From Bacteroidota bacterium (GTDB lineage Bacteria > Bacteroidota > Bacteroidia > Bacteroidales > GCA-2711565): a stretch of DNA of 64,000 bases. The notes beneath the pieces are model-generated. The model saw only the letters and a program-made list of their open reading frames with translations. It was not told where the DNA came from and did no database searches. Location of the stretch: positions 16,728-80,727 of the forward strand of contig PIVJ01000001.1 in assembly GCA_003353955.1 (NCBI GenBank), read 5' to 3'. The translations under genes were made by a program, and so were the position numbers. Shown piece after piece: positions 57,337 through 64,000 of the stretch (position 1 is its first letter; every line of letters begins with the position of its first letter).

Positions 57337-57993
57337 ATGAAAAAATTTGCTGTTGTATTATCCGGATGCGGAGTGTTTGATGGTGCTGAAATTCATGAAG
57401 CAACACTCACAATGTTAGCCATTAAAAAACAAGGTGCAGATTATCAGATCTTTGCCCCTGATATCGAACAACATCATGTAATCAATCATTATAGCGGAAA
57501 GGAAATGAAGGAGAAAGAAAGCCGTAATGTGTTGGTTGAATCGGCACGCATTGCTCGTGGTGATATAAAACCATTGGATGAGTTTAACAGTAGTAAATTT
57601 GATGCCTTACTTTTCCCGGGTGGATTTGGGGCAGCTAAAAATCTGTCAAGTATTGCTTTTAAAGGTTCGGAGGCTGAGGTAGATGAAGAGGTTAAAAGGG
57701 CAGTAAAAGAAATGTTGGCTGCCAAAAAACCAATAGGAGCGCTTTGTATTTCTCCGGCAGTTATCGCTAAAATTATTGGCGATGTAAAGGTAACCATCGG
57801 ACAAGAAGAAGATACTGCAAAAACAATTGAAGCCATGGGAGCAACGCATATTGCAACCGATCACGGAGATGTTGTTATCGATGATAACAAAATGGTATTT
57901 ACCACACCCTGTTATATGCTTGAGGCTGACATTACCCAGGTTTGGGACGGAGCTTATAATATCGTTGAGGCCATGATGAAATTTATGGAATAA
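57337..57993 (+). CDS. elbB: ElbB-like DJ-1/PfpI-family protein (glyoxalase III-like)
   Basis: 218 aa. Near-collinear with E. coli ElbB as I recall it (VLSGCGV.DG.EIHEA.LT.LAI; PGGFGAAKNLS). Confidence 0.8.
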   Translation: MKKFAVVLSGCGVFDGAEIHEATLTMLAIKKQGADYQIFAPDIEQHHVINHYSGKEMKEKESRNVLVESARIARGDIKPLDEFNSSKFDALLFPGGFGAAKNLSSIAFKGSEAEVDEEVKRAVKEMLAAKKPIGALCISPAVIAKIIGDVKVTIGQEEDTAKTIEAMGATHIATDHGDVVIDDNKMVFTTPCYMLEADITQVWDGAYNIVEAMMKFME

Positions 57994-58092
57994 AGGATTC
58001 GATTAATGGGCATTGAGCGAAGTTGAAATGTCTGTTAATTAAATTGAATAAGACTTCGACTTCCTCAGCCTCAACAATAATAATTTTTCTTA

Positions 58093-59037
58093 ATGAACAA
58101 AATATCTGAACTTCTCAAAATTAAATATCCCATTATCCAAGGTGGAATGATTTGGTGCAGTGGTTGGGAATTGGCCTCTGCAGTTAGTAATTCGGGCGGA
58201 TTAGGCTTGATTGGATCAGGTTCAATGTATCCAGATGTTTTACGTGAACACATTCAAAAGTGCAAAAAAGCAACCAATAAACCCTTTGGTGTAAATCTTC
58301 CTTTGCTTTATCCTCAAACGGATGATCACATTAATGTTATATTAGAAGAATGTGTTAAAATCGTTTTTACCTCTGCTGGAAATCCAAAAAAGTATACCGG
58401 TTTTTTAAAGGAAAAAGGAGTTATTGTTGTACATGTTATTGCTAACGAAAAATTTGCGCTAAAATGTGAAGAAGCCCGAGTGGATGCTATTGTTGCTGAA
58501 GGTTTTGAAGCCGGAGGCCACAATGGATTCGAGGAAACAACAACAATGGTGCTTATTCCTCAAATCAAAAAAATAATTTCGGTTCCCTTAATTGCTGCTG
58601 GAGGAATTGGTACAGGAAATAGCATGTTAGCTGCAATGGCGTTGGGTGCTGATGCCGTACAAATTGGCAGTCGGTTTGCTGCATCTTTGGAATCATCTGC
58701 GCATGAAAATTTTAAACAGGAAATACTTAATACCAAGGACGGGGGCACCAAACTTAGTTTGAAGCGATTGGTTCCGGTCAGGTTGATAAGGAATAAATTT
58801 TTAAGGGAAATTGAGGAATTGGAGCAAAGGGGCGAATCAAGAGAACAGTTGTTGGAGTTATTAGGTCGTGGTCGCGCAAAAAAAGGAATGTTTGAAGGAG
58901 ACTTAGACGAAGGAGAACTTGAAATAGGTCAAGTTTCTGCAGGTGTAAGTGCCATTCTTCCTGCAACTCAAATCATCGAAGAAATTATTATGGAATTTAA
59001 TCAGGCGAAGAATAGACTAAACAATTTTCAATTTTGA
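58093..59037 (+). CDS. NPD/FabK-like FMN oxidoreductase (nitronate monooxygenase family)
   Basis: 314 aa. KYPIIQGGM N-terminus and IAAGGIG..... ALGADAVQIGSRF. Confidence 0.75.
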   Translation: MNKISELLKIKYPIIQGGMIWCSGWELASAVSNSGGLGLIGSGSMYPDVLREHIQKCKKATNKPFGVNLPLLYPQTDDHINVILEECVKIVFTSAGNPKKYTGFLKEKGVIVVHVIANEKFALKCEEARVDAIVAEGFEAGGHNGFEETTTMVLIPQIKKIISVPLIAAGGIGTGNSMLAAMALGADAVQIGSRFAASLESSAHENFKQEILNTKDGGTKLSLKRLVPVRLIRNKFLREIEELEQRGESREQLLELLGRGRAKKGMFEGDLDEGELEIGQVSAGVSAILPATQIIEEIIMEFNQAKNRLNNFQF

Positions 59038-59054
59038 TTCTATCAAATTATATA

Positions 59055-59062
59055 TATTTTTG
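59055..59062 (+). promoter_or_regulatory. -7 box TATTTTTG upstream of acd
   Basis: 55 nt upstream of the ATG at 59117. Confidence 0.4.
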
Positions 59063-59069
59063 TAATGAG

Positions 59070-59087
59070 TTGTTAACCGATTAACAA
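59070..59087. promoter_or_regulatory. Perfect inverted repeat TTGTTAA-ccga-TTAACAA (operator-like)
   Basis: 7-bp arms with a 4-nt spacer, immediately downstream of the -7 box and 30 nt upstream of the acd ATG. Confidence 0.4.
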
Positions 59088-59116
59088 AAAATTACACCTA
59101 TAATAATCACTTAATT

Positions 59117-60256
59117 ATGAACTTTAAATATACTGAAGAACAAGAAATGATTCGACAGGCCGCAAAAGATTATGCCGATCGTGAATTAATTCAAGATGTA
59201 TTGGAACGAGATGCCAAAGCAATATTTCCTGTTCAGCATATTAAAAATCTTACCGAGCTAGGATTCATGGGGATGATGGTTGATCCTAAATATGATGGGG
59301 GTGGATTGGATAGTATCTCTTATGCATTAGCGATTGAAGAAATCTCCAAAATTGATGCATCCACAGCAGTGGTTATTTCTGTCCATAATTCCTTGGTGTG
59401 TTATGCCATGGAGAAATATTGTAGCGAAGATCAAAAGGAAAAATACTTAAAAATATTGGCGAGGGGTGAAAAAATTGGTGCCTTTTTATTATCCGAACCT
59501 GAAGCGGGATCGGATGCCACGATGCAACGAACCACTGCAGAAGATAAAGGGGAATATTATTTATTAAACGGAACTAAGAATTGGATTTCAGGTGCAAAGT
59601 ATGCTTCAGTCTATTTGGTAATGGCTCAAACGCATCCCGAAAAAGGCCATCGCGGAGTTAACGCTTTTTTGGTTGATAAAGAAACCCAAGGAATCAGTTT
59701 GGGTCAGCATGAAGATAAGATGGGCATGCGGAGTTCTGATACTTATTCGGTGATGTTTAATGATGTGAAAGTGCCAAAAGAAGACCGAATCGGAGAAGAC
59801 GGTTTTGGATTTAAATTTGCGATGCAAGCATTAGAAGCCGGAAGAATTGGCATTGCAGCCCAGGCAACCGGAATTGCAGCCGGGGCGATGGAGCGATCCA
59901 TAAAATACGCTAAAGAAAGAAAAACATTTGGTCAACCTATTGCTCAGCATCAAGCCATTGCTTTTAAGCTATCAAATATGGCTGTGAAGATTGAAGCAGC
60001 AAGAAACTTTGTTCATAAAGCGGCATGGTTAAAAGATAACAATCTTCCCTTTGGTGTAGCCAGTGCCATGGCTAAACAGTACGCAGCCGATATTGCCATG
60101 GAGGTAACTACAGATGCAGTTCAGGTTCATGGAGGATATGGCTACGTAAAAGAATATCATGTTGAGCGATTAATGCGGGAAGCAAAATTGACTCAGATTT
60201 ATGAGGGCACTTCCGAGATTCAAAAAATTATTATTTCAAGATATTTGCTTAAATAA
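59117..60256 (+). CDS. Short-chain (butyryl-CoA-type) acyl-CoA dehydrogenase
   Basis: 379 aa. LSEPEAGSD, and a catalytic Glu in the YEGTSEIQ motif near the C-terminus. Confidence 0.9.
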   Translation: MNFKYTEEQEMIRQAAKDYADRELIQDVLERDAKAIFPVQHIKNLTELGFMGMMVDPKYDGGGLDSISYALAIEEISKIDASTAVVISVHNSLVCYAMEKYCSEDQKEKYLKILARGEKIGAFLLSEPEAGSDATMQRTTAEDKGEYYLLNGTKNWISGAKYASVYLVMAQTHPEKGHRGVNAFLVDKETQGISLGQHEDKMGMRSSDTYSVMFNDVKVPKEDRIGEDGFGFKFAMQALEAGRIGIAAQATGIAAGAMERSIKYAKERKTFGQPIAQHQAIAFKLSNMAVKIEAARNFVHKAAWLKDNNLPFGVASAMAKQYAADIAMEVTTDAVQVHGGYGYVKEYHVERLMREAKLTQIYEGTSEIQKIIISRYLLK

Positions 60257-60486
60257 TATTTCATTTTAAAATTTTAGATTTAAGTGAAAAGGTGACTGAA
60301 TTTGACTTACTTCGACATGCTCAGCACGAGTCGACCGATAACATAAAAAGTTACATTATAATGCTGTGGCTTGCTTAAAAGCGATAGCTGCGTGAAGGAT
60401 AGAAGCGGCATCCTTTTCAACTTCTTGAGGAGAAAAGATATAGCGGATAGCCTTTCTTACACGCCCAAATAATATCTTTAAATTAT

Positions 60487-60494
60487 TACCTTTG
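60487..60494 (+). promoter_or_regulatory. -7 box TACCTTTG upstream of etfB
   Basis: 48 nt upstream of the ATG at 60542. Confidence 0.4.
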
Positions 60495-60541
60495 CTCTTA
60501 AAATCTGAAAAAGATTAGTATAAATTATAAAAACGAATTTT

Positions 60542-61285
60542 ATGAAATTTTTGATCTGTTTAAGCAATGTTCCTGACACAACAACGAAAGTGAAGTTTAC
60601 AGGAGGCGATACTGCTTTTGACAAATCTGGAGTGCAATGGATTATTAATCCATGGGACGAATTGGCTTTAACGAGAGCACTGGAATTGAAAGAGGGTTCA
60701 GATGGAGCCATTGAATCGATTACTATTGCTACTGTTGGTACAAGTGAGGTTGAGCCAACCATGCGTAAAGGATTAGCTATTGGTGCCGATGATGCAATTC
60801 GAATTGATGCTGAACCCACCGATGCATATTTTGTTGCCGCTCAATTGGCCGAAGTTGCTAAAGATTTTGATGTTGTGATGAGCGGAATTGAAGCCAGTGA
60901 TTATAATGGTGCCGCGGTAGGAGGAATGTTAGCCGAATTCTTAAATGTCCCCTCAGTTTCTTCCGTATCTCAATTAAATATTGAAAATGGAAAACTGTCA
61001 TTGGTTAGGGAAATTGACGGTGGATCAGAAGTTATTAGCGCACAAACACCATTGGTGGCCATCGTACAAAAAGGAATTACAAAGGATCCTAGAATTCCTG
61101 CCATGCGTGGAATTATGATGGCACGTAAAAAACCGTTAATTGTTGTTCCTGCCACTGAAGTAGAATCCTTAACAGAATTTACTTCTTATGAATTACCTAC
61201 ATCAAAAACTGCCTGTAAAATGGTAGATGCAGAAAATGTAAAGGAATTGGTTGATTTACTAAAAAATGAAGCCAAAGCAATTTAA
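60542..61285 (+). CDS. etfB: Electron transfer flavoprotein beta subunit
   Basis: 247 aa. MKFLICLSNVPDTTTKVKF..., NPWDELALTRALELKE. Confidence 0.9.
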   Translation: MKFLICLSNVPDTTTKVKFTGGDTAFDKSGVQWIINPWDELALTRALELKEGSDGAIESITIATVGTSEVEPTMRKGLAIGADDAIRIDAEPTDAYFVAAQLAEVAKDFDVVMSGIEASDYNGAAVGGMLAEFLNVPSVSSVSQLNIENGKLSLVREIDGGSEVISAQTPLVAIVQKGITKDPRIPAMRGIMMARKKPLIVVPATEVESLTEFTSYELPTSKTACKMVDAENVKELVDLLKNEAKAI

Positions 61286-61291
61286 TGATTT

Positions 61292-61318
61292 AATTTGCTA
61301 ATATGCAAATGTGCTAAT
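61292..61318 (+). repeat. Left GCTAAT-type repeat of the four-helix-bundle cassette
   Basis: aatttgctaatatgcaaatgtgctaat. The cassette start codon follows directly (gtgctaATG). Confidence 0.6.
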
Positions 61319-61673
61319 GAATAATAAAAAGGAAAATATAACTCTAACATTGTCTTTTGAGTTTGCACTTAAAATAATCGAATTTTTTGAGACTCTTGAA
61401 AAGAATAGAAAGGTTACTATAGCTAATCAAATTCTTAAATCAGGAACATCTGTTGGGGCAAATATTAGAGAAGCACAAAGTGCTGAAAGCAGAGCAGATT
61501 TTATTCATAAAATAAAGATTGCTGAAAAAGAGGCTGAAGAAACAGAGTATTGCTTAGATTTATGTAAACACCCTGAAAATTATTTTTATAATCACGATCT
61601 TCATGATAAACCGTTATCTATTAAAAAAATACTTTTAAAAATTATAAGCACAAGTAAAATATCAGCAAATTAG
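61317..61673 (+). CDS. Four-helix-bundle protein (23S rRNA intervening-sequence protein family; same fold family as DGR Avd)
   Basis: Track ORF begins at GTG 61311; the ATG at 61317 gives MNNKKENITLTLSFEFALKIIEF. SGTSVGANIREAQSAESRADFIHKIKIAEKEAEETEYCLDL is the family hallmark. Confidence 0.8.
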   Translation: MNNKKENITLTLSFEFALKIIEFFETLEKNRKVTIANQILKSGTSVGANIREAQSAESRADFIHKIKIAEKEAEETEYCLDLCKHPENYFYNHDLHDKPLSIKKILLKIISTSKISAN

Positions 61674-61679
61674 CACATC
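61661..61679 (-). repeat. Right GCTAAT-type repeat (inverted) of the four-helix-bundle cassette
   Basis: atcagcaaattagcacatc; reverse complement is gatgtgctaatttgctgat. It contains the cassette stop codon TAG. Confidence 0.6.
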
Positions 61680-61746
61680 AATATATCAATATGTTTTTTA
61701 ATATAAAGAACAGAAAACGAAATAAAAAGAAACAAACAATTAAGAT

Positions 61747-62718
61747 ATGTCAATACTAGTATATACAGAAAATTGGGAAGGAAAGTTCAAGAAGCTTAGT
61801 TTCGAACTTGTATCCTATGCCAACGAAATGGCTAAACAATTAAACACTGAAGTTGTTGCAATTTCCATTGGAAATGTTGAGGAAGCTGAACTAAAAGCCT
61901 TATCGGATTATGGCGCCTCTAAAATTGTGAGTGTAAAAAATGACTTATTGGTAAATCTGGCTAATCAGCCCTATGCCAAGGTTATAGCCGAAGTTGCACA
62001 AAAGGAAAATGCTGATATAATTGTTTTCGCCCATAATAATTCAGGCAAAGCCATTGCGCCCCGTGTATCCGTTAAATTGAAAGCAGGATTGGTATCCGGT
62101 GTTTCTGAGACCCCTTCAAATTATAGTCCTTTTACGGTAAAGAAAAAAGCTTTTACAGGTAAAGCATTTGCTGATATTGTTATAAAAACTGATAAGAAAA
62201 TTATAACCCTGGCTCAAAACTCATTTGGAATAATGGAGGATGTAAAAGATGCTTCTATCGAATCATTCAATCCTTCATTGGATGCTTCCGAATTTAAAAC
62301 TGAAGTTAAAGAAGTAAATAAAATTACGGGCAAAGTTTTACTAAATGATGCTGAAATTGTCATCTCAGGCGGTAGAGGAATGAAGTCGCCAGAAAATTGG
62401 GGGCCGATTGAAGAATTGGCAGAATTACTTGGAGCGGCGACTGCTTGTTCTAGGCCTGTATCTGACGAAAATTGGCGGCCTCATTCAGAACATGTTGGGC
62501 AAACCGGAAAAATTATTGCACCTAATTTATATCTTACTTTTGGAATTTCAGGTGCAATTCAACACTTGGGAGGGGTAAGTTCATCAAAAGTGATTGTGGC
62601 CGTAAATACAGATAAAGATGCTCCTATTTTTGAAGCCGCCGATTATGGTATAATCGGAGATGCTCAAAAAGTATTACCCGAAATGATCGAAGCTATAAAG
62701 GCTGTAAAAACAGAATAA
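61747..62718 (+). CDS. etfA: Electron transfer flavoprotein alpha subunit
   Basis: 323 aa. C-terminal FAD-binding block VISGGRG...ELLGAA.ACSRP......P...QVGQTGK.IAP.LY...GISGAIQH. Confidence 0.9.
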   Translation: MSILVYTENWEGKFKKLSFELVSYANEMAKQLNTEVVAISIGNVEEAELKALSDYGASKIVSVKNDLLVNLANQPYAKVIAEVAQKENADIIVFAHNNSGKAIAPRVSVKLKAGLVSGVSETPSNYSPFTVKKKAFTGKAFADIVIKTDKKIITLAQNSFGIMEDVKDASIESFNPSLDASEFKTEVKEVNKITGKVLLNDAEIVISGGRGMKSPENWGPIEELAELLGAATACSRPVSDENWRPHSEHVGQTGKIIAPNLYLTFGISGAIQHLGGVSSSKVIVAVNTDKDAPIFEAADYGIIGDAQKVLPEMIEAIKAVKTE

Positions 62719-62735
62719 AAATTTAGATCACTATT

Positions 62736-64000
62736 TTAAAGGGGTGCTACCCTAAGGTGACGCCCCTTTTCTCTTTTCTGTTTTGGCAATGGATATCCTG
62801 CCAGCTTACTCAGATTTTTCTTGATCTCTGATTCAGGGTATTCATAATCTTTCAAATTGCCACTCAAATAGTTATCATAACCAACAAGATCCATTAATCC
62901 GTGACCACTAAAGTTAAAGAGTATTACCTTTTCTTTACCTTCTTCTTTCGCTTTTTTTGCTTCACGAATGGTTGATGCAATGGCATGATTGGTTTCCGGG
63001 ACAGGAATAATTCCTTCCGTCTTTGCGAATAATAATCCGGCTTCAAAACACTCACTTTTTGAAGTACATGTGCTTCCATTAACCCATCTCGTAATGCTGC
63101 GCTTACCAAAGGTGACATTCCGTGATACCGAAGTCCTCCAACGTGAATGGGCGCCGGGACAAACGTATGGCCTAAACTATTCATCGGTAATAATGGAGTC
63201 ATTTCTGCAACGTCGCCATGATCATAAATAAACGGAGCCTTGGTTAATGTTTGGACAAGATGCAGGTTCAGTACCAATAATCTGTATGTCTGACCCGTTG
63301 ATTTTATCATACATAAACGGGAATGAAATTCCGGCAAAATTGCTACCACCGCCACAACATCCAATTACAACATCTGGCTTTGAAATTCCAACTTTAGCCA
63401 ATTGCTTTTTGGCTTCTAAACCGATAATGGTTTGGTGTAGCATAACGTGGTTGAGTACAGAACCCAATGAATATCTACTTTCCCCTAAAGGATCAGTTAC
63501 GGCTGCTTCAATAGCCTCACTAATGGCGATCCCTAAACTATCCGGAGTATCGGGGAATTTCTCCAATATATTTCTTCCAGCCTACGTTTCTGTACTCGGA
63601 CTGGGAATACAACTTCCTCCCCAGGTTTGCATCATCATTTTACGGAATGGCTTTTGATCAAAACTAACACGAACCATAAAAACGTTACATTCTAGACCAA
63701 CAAGTGAACAAGCAAAGGATAAAGCACTTCCCCATTGTCCTGCTCCGGTTTCGGTAACTAGACGCTTTATACCAAACCTCTTATTGTAATAAGCCTGAGC
63801 AACGGTCGTATTTGGTTTGTGGCTTCCGGCAGGAGATACACCTTCATTTTTATAATAAATTTTTGCAGGAGTTCCCAAAGCTTTTTCGAGTGCATGTGCT
63901 CTGATTAATGGGCTGGGACGCCACTTTCTTAACATTCCTAATACCTCTTCAGGAATATTAATCCAGCGTTCCTGACTCACTTCCTGTTCAATTAAATTCA
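62736..64000 (-). pseudogene. TrpB2-type tryptophan synthase beta-like gene with one nonsense codon and two frameshifts (N-terminus beyond window)
   Basis: Homologous segments by own translation: 63585-64000 (...[15 protein letters not shown]...TETGAGQWG...), TAG at 63582-63584, 63222-63581 ([23 protein letters not shown]...[10 protein letters not shown]...EPASCP). Then a frame change near 63240 (..[13 protein letters not shown]...[19 protein letters not shown]), and a change back near 63055 ([25 protein letters not shown]...). Confidence 0.7.
62738..62770. terminator. Bidirectional hairpin between etfA and the TrpB2-like gene
   Basis: AAAGGGGtgctaccctaaggtgacgCCCCTTTt. Confidence 0.45.

Noticed and set aside
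21819-60330. Shared CTTCGAC(T/A)T core between repeat copy C (21819-21838), 58052-58070 and 60309-60330, as evidence for one larger repeat family.
   Set aside because: The common core is only about 9-11 nt, so a chance match in 64 kb is plausible. The flanking sequences do not align. It would need a genome-wide search.
61317-61673. Avd-fold four-helix-bundle gene as a marker of a diversity-generating retroelement.
   Set aside because: There is no reverse transcriptase gene and no template/variable repeat pair with adenine-specific mismatches within the window. The flanking genes are etfB and etfA.
1-64000. tRNA, rRNA, tmRNA, SRP RNA and known riboswitches.
   Set aside because: Scanning intergenic regions by eye found no T-arm (GGTTCGAATCC-like) with acceptor pairing. 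No rRNA-like conserved blocks were seen. No leader was long enough with recognisable riboswitch cores. Absence is by inspection only and should be confirmed with tRNAscan-SE/Infernal.

Overview
AT-rich (roughly mid-30s % GC by eye) chromosomal segment. It looks like Bacteroidota: TAnnTTTG -7 promoter boxes, many lipoproteins, LPS/Kdo genes, and TolC/RND operons with Bacteroidota-style long CusA proteins. The crt-hbd-thl-bcd-etfBA genes, tryptophanase and a U32 peptidase suggest an anaerobe or facultative anaerobe, but that is inference only.

Gene layout:
- 1-22.9 kb: housekeeping and envelope genes (galE, a WbpD/WbpE-like amino-sugar pair, waaA, pepA, queD, tnaA, dcp, queA, pssA, lptB, kdsD/kpsF, recQ, deoC).
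- 22.9-24.3 kb: gene-poor stretch holding IS relics.
- 24.3-28.7 kb: aspS and assorted enzymes.
- 28.8-33.4 kb: tightly coupled four-gene operon of exported proteins of unknown function, ending in an 872-aa three-module LRR protein.
- 33.4-34.3 kb: decayed genes.
- 34.3-37.9 kb: a TolC plus adaptor pair with no pump gene, then tsaB.
- 38.0-53.6 kb: about 15.6 kb metal-efflux island on the minus strand. It has two tandem heavy-metal RND operons, each headed by a small Cys/His-rich membrane protein. It also carries a Met/His-rich lipoprotein, a secreted HMA protein and a short CDF-like transporter. No regulator gene is visible.
- 53.7-62.7 kb: acyl-CoA/butyrate cluster (crt, hbd-like, thiolase, elbB, NPD/FabK-like, acd, etfB, etfA), with a four-helix-bundle (23S-IVS/Avd-fold) gene cassette between etfB and etfA.
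- 62.7-64.0 kb: a TrpB2-like gene carrying one nonsense codon and two frameshifts.

Structure not explained by genes:
- A ~110-135 nt GC-rich hairpin-forming repeat occurs three times.
- GCTAAT-type repeats flank the four-helix-bundle cassette, and a solo copy lies 4 kb upstream.
- Gene relics are unusually dense (at least 8 in 64 kb).

I found no rRNA, tRNA or CRISPR array. All functional calls rest on motif and family recognition by eye; no searches were run.
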